From NCBI GenBank assembly GCA_046497075.1, contig JAWOGF010000050.1:17772-81771 (forward strand): a stretch of DNA of 64,000 nucleotides, given 5' to 3'. The position numbers and the translations under genes are program-made. The notes under the pieces are model-generated. The model was not told the DNA's origin and searched no databases. It was given only the letters and a program-made list of their open reading frames with translations. This document shows positions 11,101 through 19,496 of the stretch, in pieces. Numbering within the stretch: position 1 is the first letter of the stretch; each line of letters starts with the position of its first letter. The DNA is from Candidatus Saliniplasma sp. GTDB taxonomy: Archaea > Thermoplasmatota > Thermoplasmata > Halarchaeoplasmatales > Halarchaeoplasmataceae.

Positions 11101-12230
11101 CTAATAAGGAAAAAGAACTAGAAAAAGAGAAAGAAGAGCTCAGAGAAAAAGTGAAAGATCTGCAGGAAAAAGAAGCTAAAATCTCTGAAAGAGAAGAAAT
11201 GGTGGAGGAAGAGTTAGAAAAAGTTGAAAGTGAAAGGGACGAACTATCCGAGATGTGGACTAAAATTGGAAGAAAGATGGAAGATGTCGAGGGCAGGGAA
11301 GAGAAACTAGAAAAGGAGCACTCGGACTTAGTGATAAAAAAAGATGAACTGAAAAGGAAAGAAAGAGATTTGGATGAAAGGGAGGGGGTTATCGAAGAGA
11401 AGGAAAAAGAGTTGTCTAAAAAAGAGGAGGGGCTAGAAAAAGAGATAGATGAAGTGGCTAGAGAGATGGAAAAGGCCCGATCCTGGAGTCAGACCGCCCT
11501 CGACAAAGAAGAGGAACTCAAATCATGGGAGTCTGATCTAGAAGATTGGGAAGAGAAACTAGGGGATAGAAGAGAAAAGCTCGAGGAGGAACGTGATGAA
11601 ATCGAAGAACTGCTTGATGAACTGCCAAATAGGGTAGAAGAGGTCGAAGAGAGGGAAGAAGAAGTAATAGAAAGGGAGAAAGAGTTGGATGAGGAAAAAG
11701 AAAAGTTAAAGGCCATTAAAACAGATTTATCAGAAAGGGAAGAAGAACTTGAAGAAGAAAAAGAGCACGTTCAGGAGATCAAAGAAAGTGCATTGAACAT
11801 GATGCAGTATGCAAAATCAAAGAAAGCTCGGGAAGATAAAAAACTGAGAGAAGATATCCAGCAGGAACGTGAGAAATTGGAAAGAGAGAGAAGAAAACTC
11901 GAAGAAGAATTGGCTCAGAAGGAAAAGAATTTAAAGCAAAAGGATAAGAAGCTGGAAAAGAAGAAAGAAAGATTGATGGAAAAGGCTGAAGCCTTGGAAG
12001 AAAAGGAAAAGGAAGTTGAACAGAAACAGCAGAATATAAAAGATGAGAGAGATAAACTTTCTGAGATGTGGTCGGAGATTGAAGAGGAATCGATGAAGAT
12101 GGAGGAATTCAAAGAGCGGGAAAGGGAGATCGAAGAACGTGAGAAAAAGTTAGAGGAAAAAGAAAATCAGTTAGAAAAGAAGAAAGAAAGGATCGAAAAG
12201 ATGAAAAAGCATCTAGATGATCTTCTGTGA
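8193..12230 (+). CDS. 1345-aa almost purely coiled-coil protein (no ATPase head, no TM, no signal peptide)
   Basis: GGAG RBS upstream, 12 bp after the previous stop. Continuous L/I-x6 heptads, E/K/R-dominated, a single Pro, no Walker motifs. Confidence 0.85.
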   Translation: MGLREKAKKALEEEEKTSEELEKEEERVEDLEKDIKELEERRSELEDIVSGLEDEKEGLEEKKKEFENVKERIKESVERKQELEENIQKLESRYEELKSKREEFEELAEEYDEIQQKKESLEEEIDELQGTKDELSESKEEVEESKERLEGEIEELENRKDELIESEEELETVKEDVEELIQKRETLEEDIEELEKGKEELTTSKEELEEKSEKLDKRMKELEKEKERLEEDKGEIEELKKELEEKRKILEEEEKKFEERKEELDGKEKDLNEKEKRLQQKEQGLEDKEQGLEDKEQDIDERISELNEREEELKKLKKSIDGKKGALQRSKNKLEEQEEKLEERKKELEKKEKDLREELKKELLEEKKEELESLEASLEEKRDEEEQLEEKIQDYSERINEIEEREEELDEKEEELKQKDNELVERSSLLDDREQGIEEKEEKIDEAEEKLAELEDKDTKLEEWHGELEDKEETLDEKKTELTNLEKTLEDKEVKIEEKEEDLEAKEDRLSEKENELEDKSKELEERENKIDERLSKVEQREEEIEELKDSLASKEEELESREENLEEKEDELDRLEGDLEKRRQEVTDTEASLEQREEELIDWEEEIEAREEDVSEERTRLEEKDDELDQKEKELKKLENELEDREERLESLEDDLDEVQKELVDREENIRTKEKDLEEKEEELQNFEAELQGWEDNLKSKEEDLDTKESELQGWEEDLKEKEGGLDTREEAINEREVEQDELEDTLQERKEELGKKENHLIEWEAEVEEREKKLDELQKELEGKEENLDTIEDELDERTSKVEQQEKELEDREEKIDEREKTLNEKEDELDQKESEIEAERDELEEEKEGLLQLREELNKFDDTLDEKQKELEGERSEFEDKVEIKEEELRKERSSLEEKKELLAEKEEKLSDLEKDLSQREGRVSKKENTLDELKEELGEREREVKERENGLDLLQEELEDWRDELSNKEKELEKEKEELREKVKDLQEKEAKISEREEMVEEELEKVESERDELSEMWTKIGRKMEDVEGREEKLEKEHSDLVIKKDELKRKERDLDEREGVIEEKEKELSKKEEGLEKEIDEVAREMEKARSWSQTALDKEEELKSWESDLEDWEEKLGDRREKLEEERDEIEELLDELPNRVEEVEEREEEVIEREKELDEEKEKLKAIKTDLSEREEELEEEKEHVQEIKESALNMMQYAKSKKAREDKKLREDIQQEREKLERERRKLEEELAQKEKNLKQKDKKLEKKKERLMEKAEALEEKEKEVEQKQQNIKDERDKLSEMWSEIEEESMKMEEFKEREREIEEREKKLEEKENQLEKKKERIEKMKKHLDDLL
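9033..9084 (+). repeat. 21-bp tandem duplication (AAAGAACAAGGGTTAGAGGAT x2.5), exactly one heptad per unit
   Basis: Read directly; encodes KEQGLED KEQGLED KEQ. Confidence 0.9.
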
Positions 12231-12231
12231 C

Positions 12232-13221
12232 CTATTTCGCTCTTTCGATCATAAACTCTACCAGTGCCATCAAAATATCTTTATATTCACTTTCTGGTAA
12301 AAATTGTATTTCTTCTTTTGCACCGTTGGCGTATTCTTCTGCCAATCTGCTACAATATTCAATAGAATTATTTTTTTCTAACAGTTCGATAGCTTCTAAC
12401 ACAGCTTTCTGATCACTTTCACCATCTAATATTTCGATCAAGCGACGTTTATCCTCATCCCCTAGATGTTCTAAAGCATGGATCACCATCAATGTCCTCT
12501 TCCCCGCCCTGATATCACTTCCAACCGGCTTTCCTAGATCTGTTTCCTCTCCCATAAGGTCCAGATAATCATCCTGGACCTGGAAGGCGATCCCCATCTT
12601 ACGGGCATATTCGCCCATGCGTTCTATCTTCTCATCAGGAGCGCCGGCGACTATAGCACCAGACCTAGCAGCCGCCTGGAAGAGGTAACTGGTCTTTTTC
12701 TCGATCATCTCGATAAACTCTTCTTCTGTTATATCGAAGGTCTTTTCAAACCTCATATCCTCCTCTTGCCCCTCTGCCACTTTTAGGACCGCATGAGATA
12801 TCTCAAATAGGACCCGTTTTATCTTTAAGGGCTCAACATCCATATTCGAGATCAATCGGAAAGATAGGGCAAAAAGGGCATCTCCCACATTTATAGCAGT
12901 CGACAGACCTTCTTTTTTATGCAGTGTTTCTCTACCTCGTCTAAGATCGTCATCATCCATTATATCGTCATGGACTAACGTAAAATTATGGATCAATTCT
13001 ATGGAAAGTCCCGGGATCATACCATCCTCCTCATCACCACCTAAAGCACCACAAGAGACCATAGCCAGAAAAGGTCGAAGTTTTTTTCCACCAGCCTGAG
13101 GATACCATGCCATGTTTTTCCAGATTATATGCTCCCTATCCTTGAATAGAGCATCGATCTCACCGTCTACGATCTTTCTCCTCTTTTCTATCTCAGATAT
13201 TAGATCCGTCATCATCTTCAC
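12232..13221 (-). CDS. idsA: Geranylgeranyl diphosphate synthase (polyprenyl synthetase)
   Basis: GGKKLRP, first Asp-rich motif HDDIMDDDDLRRG, GQEED, KT, second motif FQVQDDYLD. Confidence 0.93.
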   Translation of the reverse strand: MKMMTDLISEIEKRRKIVDGEIDALFKDREHIIWKNMAWYPQAGGKKLRPFLAMVSCGALGGDEEDGMIPGLSIELIHNFTLVHDDIMDDDDLRRGRETLHKKEGLSTAINVGDALFALSFRLISNMDVEPLKIKRVLFEISHAVLKVAEGQEEDMRFEKTFDITEEEFIEMIEKKTSYLFQAAARSGAIVAGAPDEKIERMGEYARKMGIAFQVQDDYLDLMGEETDLGKPVGSDIRAGKRTLMVIHALEHLGDEDKRRLIEILDGESDQKAVLEAIELLEKNNSIEYCSRLAEEYANGAKEEIQFLPESEYKDILMALVEFMIERAK

Positions 13222-13275
13222 ATAAAGTGGTAATCATTCGAGATATATAAGAAAAACGCTTGATCTACCCTTGAT

Positions 13276-14322
13276 CTATACAGAACTTATCCAATCCCTC
13301 AGTTCCCCAGTGACTATCATCTTCCTATCCTTCAACTCTTCGATGTTTGAACAACCCTGCAGGAACATTGAGACCTTCAGTCCGTGTATCACGTGCTTTA
13401 GATATCTAACTACTTCATCCTTACCTTTTTTAACGTGAGGTAGGACTCCTCCGGCGATGCCTGTCAACTCTGCACCAAGGGAAAGGGCTTTCGATACTTG
13501 TACCCCATTTCTTATCCCTCCAGTAGAAATTATTGGTATCTCCACCGCACTGCTGCATTCAAGGGTTGATACCGGTGTTGGTATCCCCCAATCCCAGAGT
13601 TCCTTAGCTAATGACTTTTTATGGCTATCTTCCTCTCTAAAGTACTCCACGGCGGAAAATGAGGTACCGCCCATACCGCCTACGTCTAAGGACTTAACTC
13701 CCGTATCACAAAGCTTTCGAGCAACATCGCTAGATAACCCTGCACCTGTTTCTTTAGCTATCGTCGGCACATGGTGAGATAATTCAGACAGAGCTTCCAG
13801 TAGCCCTTTTGCGTTTGTATCCCCCTCGGGCTGAACGACCTCTTGGAGATAATTAAAATGAACCGCAAGTAGATCACCATCGATCATCTCTAAAGCTTTT
13901 TTGGCGTGTTCGATCCCATAAGCTTCATCATCATCCTGTTCTATGAGCTGAGGAGCCCCGAGGTTACCAAGAACTAAAGGGGGATAGTGATCCCTTATAA
14001 CCTCATAGGACCTTCTCAATTTCTTATCTTCTAGAGCTGCCCTTTGGCTGCCAACACCGAAGGGGATACCTATTTCTTCAGCGGCTTCAGATAACCTAGC
14101 ATTTATCTTTTCAGCACCGCCGTAGCCGCCAGTTATAGCTGATATCATTATAGGAGCTGATAATCCAGTACCCAAAAAATCTACGGTTGTATCTATCTCT
14201 TCAAAATCTATTTCTGGTGCAGAGTTATGGTAAAATTTGAGCATGCCCCAGTAATCTTTATCTATCTCAACGTCCTCCTTTAAACATATGTCCATATGGT
14301 CCTCTTTTCGGGTTTCTATCAT
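13276..14322 (-). CDS. fni: Type 2 isopentenyl-diphosphate delta-isomerase
   Basis: RKEDH, ITGG, GSQR, HFNYLQEVVQPEGD, KETG, GGTSF..VE, WGIPT, GGIRNG motifs. Confidence 0.96.
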   Translation of the reverse strand: MIETRKEDHMDICLKEDVEIDKDYWGMLKFYHNSAPEIDFEEIDTTVDFLGTGLSAPIMISAITGGYGGAEKINARLSEAAEEIGIPFGVGSQRAALEDKKLRRSYEVIRDHYPPLVLGNLGAPQLIEQDDDEAYGIEHAKKALEMIDGDLLAVHFNYLQEVVQPEGDTNAKGLLEALSELSHHVPTIAKETGAGLSSDVARKLCDTGVKSLDVGGMGGTSFSAVEYFREEDSHKKSLAKELWDWGIPTPVSTLECSSAVEIPIISTGGIRNGVQVSKALSLGAELTGIAGGVLPHVKKGKDEVVRYLKHVIHGLKVSMFLQGCSNIEELKDRKMIVTGELRDWISSV

Positions 14323-15071
14323 CTTTTAACCTCTGTATAGATCGTCTCTTTTTTTAAGATCAAACGTTTCAAACGGCCTTCTTCCGTCCCATTTATAACA
14401 AATGTTGGGCAGTGCTCGGAAAGCTCCAACATCTTTTCAACCTTTCCGTTCATCCCGCCTGTGACGTCTATGGAGCCATCTACGCCCGGGATGTCTTTTT
14501 CGGTTAAAGGATACATCTTTTCCGTGAATGTCTTTACTAATTCTTTATCTTTATAGATCCCATCAACGTTGGTGACGAAGATCGCCCTATCTGCTCTTTC
14601 ACCAAGAGCCAACATCAGATCATCCCCGGAACAGATCGTTACTCCTCTCTCATCATCCAAAGCAACATCACCGAAAGTGACGGGAACGTTACCTAAATCT
14701 AGATATCTATTAAAAACATCATTATCTATATCCAATAGATCTCCGTCATCGTATCTTGTTACGACCCCACCAGGTATAGAAATAGGCCACAGTTCTTTTT
14801 TGATCATCATCTCGATTATACGGTTGTTCAATACTCTCATATCATTTTGAACTCTAGAAGTCGCTTCGCATATACTTTTAGGATCCTCACTATTTAGGCC
14901 AAATTTCTCTGCGCCTGGGTGGCCAAAACTACCACCACCATGTACGACAATTAATTCATCTGTAACAGAGGAGGCCATCTCTTGGATCAATCTTTGGGTT
15001 CTCCTGCGTTTAAAAGTATATGGTAAATTCTTATCTGAGATTACACTGCCGCCTAGTTTGATCAAAATCAA
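14319..15071 (-). CDS. ipk: Isopentenyl phosphate kinase (amino-acid kinase family)
   Basis: KLGGSVISDK, VHGGGSFGH, SGDD and DVTGGM..K motifs; in an operon with fni and GGPP synthase. Confidence 0.93.
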   Translation of the reverse strand: MILIKLGGSVISDKNLPYTFKRRRTQRLIQEMASSVTDELIVVHGGGSFGHPGAEKFGLNSEDPKSICEATSRVQNDMRVLNNRIIEMMIKKELWPISIPGGVVTRYDDGDLLDIDNDVFNRYLDLGNVPVTFGDVALDDERGVTICSGDDLMLALGERADRAIFVTNVDGIYKDKELVKTFTEKMYPLTEKDIPGVDGSIDVTGGMNGKVEKMLELSEHCPTFVINGTEEGRLKRLILKKETIYTEVKR

Positions 15072-15074
15072 GGT

Positions 15075-15236
15075 CTATCCTTCCTTCTTCCTACTGCAGA
15101 TCGCAAACTCATCACCATCAAAAAAAACTTCCCTATCGGGATTCTCCATCTGGATTTTTTCTATCATCTCTTCTATATCTGCGAGCGTGATAGATTCATC
15201 ATGGCGGTCGATCTTTTTATGGATTTTCTTATCCAT
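15075..15236 (-). CDS. 53-aa small protein heading the ipk-fni operon (not in ORF track)
   Basis: Hand translation: MDKKIHKKIDRHDESITLADIEEMIEKIQMENPDREVFFDGDEFAICSRKKEG*. GAGG RBS upstream; stop is 3 bp before the ipk start. Confidence 0.75.
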   Translation of the reverse strand: MDKKIHKKIDRHDESITLADIEEMIEKIQMENPDREVFFDGDEFAICSRKKEG

Positions 15237-15340
15237 TCAGATTCCTCTAGCTTATTTATGTAGGAGATTTAACTACTTATATTTTTTTGGTAAAGAAAAA
15301 GAATAATTCGTATCGTTTAATGCAGTTTTTTATTCTCGTC

Positions 15341-15430
15341 ATACGCATATATACGCATATAATACATATTCGTTAATTTGACGATAAGTATATATAATGT
15401 CATGACTGTTCTAATAATGTCGGACAAATA
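15341..15430. promoter_or_regulatory. Divergent promoter region with direct repeats and TATA-like box
   Basis: ATACGCATAT x2 (15341-15360), TATATATA near 15389, ATAATGTC(AT/G)GAC x2 at 15394 and 15414. Confidence 0.4.
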
Positions 15431-15453
15431 TATGACAAAATTGGTGTTATAGT

Positions 15454-15591
15454 ATGACAGAAGGAGAAAGTATATGGGATGCAGTCGAGAAATACAAATA
15501 TGCGGTTATGTATTACGTATATTTTGCAACATGTTTAGTCGTTGCACTCTGGCTGGCTAAACCTATTGAGATCCTAGCCTCTCTAATCTAG
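15454..15591 (+). CDS. 45-aa single-TM microprotein (not in ORF track)
   Basis: Hand translation: MTEGESIWDAVEKYKYAVMYYVYFATCLVVALWLAKPIEILASLI*. GGTG RBS upstream; fills an otherwise empty intergenic gap. Confidence 0.55.
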   Translation: MTEGESIWDAVEKYKYAVMYYVYFATCLVVALWLAKPIEILASLI

Positions 15592-16539
15592 AAGTGACCT
15601 TACGGTCAGGGCGATCGATTCTGCGCTTGTATATTCAGGATTCCAGCCTAATTCTTTCAATTTATCTGTAGATAGAAGCATCACTTTTACGTCACCCTTC
15701 CAGCCTCTACCCCCATCAACACCACCGGTCCAACTGTATTCAACATCATCTAGACCCATCTCTTCACAAACTATATCTGCGATTTCTTTCACGTTGATGT
15801 AATCTTCAGAACCGATGTTGAAGTATTCGATTCTGTTTTCCATATTCCTCGTTCCGTATAACATACCACTTATACAGTCAGAGATGTAGAAATAAGATTT
15901 AGTGGTTCCTGGAGGGCTTCCCAATATCTCCAGATATCCTGGCTCCTCTTTCAATTTACGTACGAAATCATACGTCACCCCATGTGTGCTTCGTGGGCCG
16001 ACAACGTTAGCGAATCTGAAACATACCGCCTGCATATCGAACGTATGACAATAAGCCGAGATCATGGCCTCGCAGGAAAGTTTTGAGGAGGCGTAAAGTG
16101 AGATGGGTTTCAATGGGCCCATATCTTCTGGGGTGGGTATCTCATCGGTTTCACCATAAACAGTCGAGGTCGAGGTAAAAACAATTTCATCAACATCGTG
16201 CTGCCTCATAGATTCTAGAATATTGTAGGTCGCAATAACGTTCTGTTCGAGATGTACATGTGTGTCATCGGCACCGGCTCTCACATCGGGATTAGCAGCT
16301 AGATGAAATACCATATCGCATCTTTTCATCTCCTCGTCCAATCGGTTTTTATCTAAAACGTCAGCTATTACCAACTCGAAATTCTTATTTTCCTGAAGAT
16401 GTGAAACCAATTCTTTACTACCTGATGATAGATTATCATATCCTATGACTTGGTTTTCTTCAGCTAAAGCGTCACTCAGATGACTCCCGATAAAACCAGC
16501 CGCGCCTGTCAAGAGTATCTTCCTATCCTTCAATTTCAT
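15583..16539 (-). CDS. NAD-dependent epimerase/dehydratase (UDP-glucose 4-epimerase-like)
   Basis: TGAAGFIGSH, HLAANPDV, TSTSTVYG, YASSK catalytic motif, RFANVVG. Confidence 0.92.
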   Translation of the reverse strand: MKLKDRKILLTGAAGFIGSHLSDALAEENQVIGYDNLSSGSKELVSHLQENKNFELVIADVLDKNRLDEEMKRCDMVFHLAANPDVRAGADDTHVHLEQNVIATYNILESMRQHDVDEIVFTSTSTVYGETDEIPTPEDMGPLKPISLYASSKLSCEAMISAYCHTFDMQAVCFRFANVVGPRSTHGVTYDFVRKLKEEPGYLEILGSPPGTTKSYFYISDCISGMLYGTRNMENRIEYFNIGSEDYINVKEIADIVCEEMGLDDVEYSWTGGVDGGRGWKGDVKVMLLSTDKLKELGWNPEYTSAESIALTVRSLLD

Positions 16540-17285
16540 CCTTTTTCACCTTCTTTTGAGACATTTCTTTTAGAATATTTCATGTGATTCTTAGAAACAT
16601 AATAAATCAAGACAAAAATAATGGCAACTATCACTATGGCGCCGATACCTTGGAAAACACTAGTTTGGAAAGCCTCGAGGATCGCGTCGCTCAAATATAT
16701 CGAAACTACTGCGATGAATGTGCATCCTATGAAAGACCCGATGATGATCGCCAACCATGTCTTAAATTTTTCTAAGCCTACCACTCTCCCAACAATAGAT
16801 GCGCCTACACCCCCACTTCCCTGGAAAGGAAAGACAACGAAAAGAGCTACGCCTATAAACGCGACTTTTGATATCCATTTTTTCTCTTTCATCTTCTGAG
16901 CACCGAACTTCTCGAACTTCTTAATCCATGTTCCGATGAGAGGTATCTTCTCAGCGATGTAAAAATTCCACAAAAGGAAGTAAGAGGTAACTATGTCTAC
17001 AAAAGCTATAGACCCGGCAACCAGTACGATCGTCGTTAAGGGTGTGAGGATACCTTTGGCATTTATTGCACCCACCGTGAGAGGGATAACACTCTCTTTT
17101 CCAGCTGGTGGAAAAAAATAACCAAACATACCTCCACTGTTGAGCCAAAATATACTTCTCTGTTGTATTATTAGATACAACAAAATGATGTATAACGATG
17201 CGATGATGAAAGGTAAAAAGAACATCACTATCTTACCGGCTAGGGTGGTAAAGAATCCATCTAGGTCCTTATCTTCTTCCATCAA
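16536..17285 (-). CDS. Membrane protein, small multidrug export-like (COG2426-like)
   Basis: About 6 TM segments; PPAGKESVIP and FVVFPFQGSGG motifs. Confidence 0.6.
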   Translation of the reverse strand: MMEEDKDLDGFFTTLAGKIVMFFLPFIIASLYIILLYLIIQQRSIFWLNSGGMFGYFFPPAGKESVIPLTVGAINAKGILTPLTTIVLVAGSIAFVDIVTSYFLLWNFYIAEKIPLIGTWIKKFEKFGAQKMKEKKWISKVAFIGVALFVVFPFQGSGGVGASIVGRVVGLEKFKTWLAIIIGSFIGCTFIAVVSIYLSDAILEAFQTSVFQGIGAIVIVAIIFVLIYYVSKNHMKYSKRNVSKEGEKG

Positions 17286-17322
17286 TAAAGGAGTAGACCT
17301 AGATATTTAAGAACTTTGGGTT

Positions 17323-17448
17323 TTAAGACTTTGAACTTTCACCAAAAACTACCCTCTTTCCACAGAAAGGACAATCTTTCGATTCCGCTTCCGGATCTAT
17401 CTGGAATTGTGTCCCGCATTTAGGACATACCGCTACAAATTCAGTCAT
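17323..17448 (-). CDS. 41-aa CPxCG zinc-ribbon microprotein (not in ORF track)
   Basis: Hand translation: MTEFVAVCPKCGTQFQIDPEAESKDCPFCGKRVVFGESSKS*. Two CPxCG motifs; TTTTAA box about 25-30 nt upstream fits a leaderless mRNA. Confidence 0.75.
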   Translation of the reverse strand: MTEFVAVCPKCGTQFQIDPEAESKDCPFCGKRVVFGESSKS

Positions 17449-17501
17449 ATAATTGATAAAATAAATCAATGATTAAAAGTTATCTCCGATTTTCTAACCA
17501 T

Positions 17502-17993
17502 TCAATCGAGAAGTGTTATATTCTCCCTACCAATATTTTTGATCACCTTATCCGCGATACTAGAATCGATCAGTTTTTCCAATTTGCCTTTAATAGATTT
17601 GTGGATGATAACTTTCTTGATATTCATACGCTCGAATTCTTCGGTTATCTCTTTAGATACATCTCCCCCAGTTCTCAGATAGACTCCATATGGGATATCG
17701 AACTCATCCATTATATCGATAAGATCGGAAGCGACCTCATCAGCATGCTGTTTTTTAGCCTGCTGGACTTCGGCATATATTTTTTCCTTTTTATCATGGC
17801 CTATATAAGCTTCCACTATCTCCGTTTCGGGTCTTTCTTTGATTATCTTAAGGATGGCAACTCTTTCTGGACATGATCTATTAATGATCTTTTTTATCTC
17901 CTCAAGCGATTCTTTAGAATATTTTTGCCCATAGCTAGCTATAAGAAGTGTTTCAGGTTTTTCCTTCTTTTCATCCTTCTTTTCGTCATCCAT
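17502..17993 (-). CDS. Universal stress protein-like protein
   Basis: USP-like order of elements (LLIAS...GGDVSKEI...VII...KLIDSSIADKVIK). Co-oriented downstream of the transporter. GGTGG RBS before ATG 17993. Confidence 0.6.
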   Translation of the reverse strand: MDDEKKDEKKEKPETLLIASYGQKYSKESLEEIKKIINRSCPERVAILKIIKERPETEIVEAYIGHDKKEKIYAEVQQAKKQHADEVASDLIDIMDEFDIPYGVYLRTGGDVSKEITEEFERMNIKKVIIHKSIKGKLEKLIDSSIADKVIKNIGRENITLLD

Positions 17994-18011
17994 AATTACC
18001 ACCTATTTATA

Positions 18012-19421
18012 TCACCAATATCCTAAAAATTTCCACCAAGCTAAACCTACCGTCAGAAAAGACAATATCCCGAGGATGTTCAATAAAAATCCTGCTTTTA
18101 AAAAATCTTTAGCTTCGAGCTGTCCCGTCCCATAAACGAGCATTGCACTTGGTGTACCGATAGGTAATAAAAAAGCAAATCCGCTTGCGAGCGCTATAGT
18201 GAATACAGGAACGATGATAGGAAAACCCAAGGGTACCATAGCTGATATTCCTATAGGAAGGATTACCGCTGTGACAGCTGCGTTACTCATCGTGCTCGAT
18301 AAAAATACAGTAAGAGTAGCGAATACCGCTATCATCAACACTGGATTATCCCCTACACCAGATATTATGACCGAGGAGATACGCTCTAGTAGTCCTGTAT
18401 GAGGGAGGATAAGGGAGAGGGTTACCGCTCCTACATACAAGAATAATGTACCCCAGGGCATCCTAGATTCTACGTCCTCCCAAGTAACGATTTTAGAAGC
18501 GCCTATGGCGAAAGCCAACATCACCGCCACCACGCCCATGCCGAGTATTTGGCCTACTGTAGCCCAGGCGATGAATCCCGAAAAGAGGAAACCCGCTGCC
18601 ATGCCTTCGCCCATCTTTAGATCACCCATCTCCTTCAGTTCACCTCTGATGTTACTCCTGATGTTCGCCATATCTACATCTTCTAAATCATACAACCAGT
18701 TTAAAACCAAATAAACCACTACAATCATCACCAGGGAGACCGGTATAGAGGCAACGAACCATTCAACGAAGGATATAGATTCACCGGTATATTCTGTATA
18801 TATCTCCACCGCCAAAATGTTCCTAGCACCGCCTAAGAACGTAGCGATACTTCCTACAGAGGTACCGTATGATAGTGCTAGAAGTGTTGCTTTAGCGAAA
18901 TTTGACTCCATGATATCTTTCCTATTCGTGTAAGCGTAGATACCCAATAAGATCGGGATGAATATTGCAGCGATACCATGGGAAGGCATGAGCATGGAAA
19001 GTAATGCACCGACGGCAACGATCCCCAAAAGAAATCTTTTAGTGGACTTCCCAAAGAATTTTAGGAACGTCAATGCTACCCTTTTATGAAGATCCTGAGC
19101 TTCGAAGGCTATAGCTAAAACAAAAGCACCCATTAGAAAGAAAAGGGTACCAGAATGAAAACCATAAAATGCCTCGGAAGGGGGGATAAGACCTAAGATC
19201 ACGGATGTTGATATGATAAGGAATGTAGAGAAGATGAATGAGATAGGTGTGAGCAGCCACATATAAACTGCGAGAAAAACTATAGCTATCCCGTAATACA
19301 GTTTAGGAGCTGAGGCATATAGAGTCGAGAATAATACGATAAGGGAAAACACAGCTAAGCCAAAAGCTGTCTGGAACTTGTCGTTCCTCAGCATACCTAA
19401 TGCATTATTTCGTTCAACCAT
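18012..19421 (-). CDS. DASS/SLC13 family Na+-coupled anion symporter
   Basis: Multi-TM; LHKRVAL, GSIATFLGGARN, SSTMSNAA and FLLPIGTP motifs. Confidence 0.9.
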   Translation of the reverse strand: MVERNNALGMLRNDKFQTAFGLAVFSLIVLFSTLYASAPKLYYGIAIVFLAVYMWLLTPISFIFSTFLIISTSVILGLIPPSEAFYGFHSGTLFFLMGAFVLAIAFEAQDLHKRVALTFLKFFGKSTKRFLLGIVAVGALLSMLMPSHGIAAIFIPILLGIYAYTNRKDIMESNFAKATLLALSYGTSVGSIATFLGGARNILAVEIYTEYTGESISFVEWFVASIPVSLVMIVVVYLVLNWLYDLEDVDMANIRSNIRGELKEMGDLKMGEGMAAGFLFSGFIAWATVGQILGMGVVAVMLAFAIGASKIVTWEDVESRMPWGTLFLYVGAVTLSLILPHTGLLERISSVIISGVGDNPVLMIAVFATLTVFLSSTMSNAAVTAVILPIGISAMVPLGFPIIVPVFTIALASGFAFLLPIGTPSAMLVYGTGQLEAKDFLKAGFLLNILGILSFLTVGLAWWKFLGYW

Positions 19422-19496
19422 AGCATTGAGTTATGTATCAAAGGGTATAAATTTATTTTCCAGTGGTGTTTAGAACTGTGGAGGCATTTACAATAT

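Noticed and set aside
7101..12112. Many long minus-strand ORFs rich in S/F/L
   Set aside because: Antisense shadows of the GAA/AAA-rich coiled-coil genes; no independent coding signal.
8193..12230. SMC/Rad50 annotation for the giant coiled-coil protein
   Set aside because: No Walker A/B, signature motif, hinge or zinc hook.
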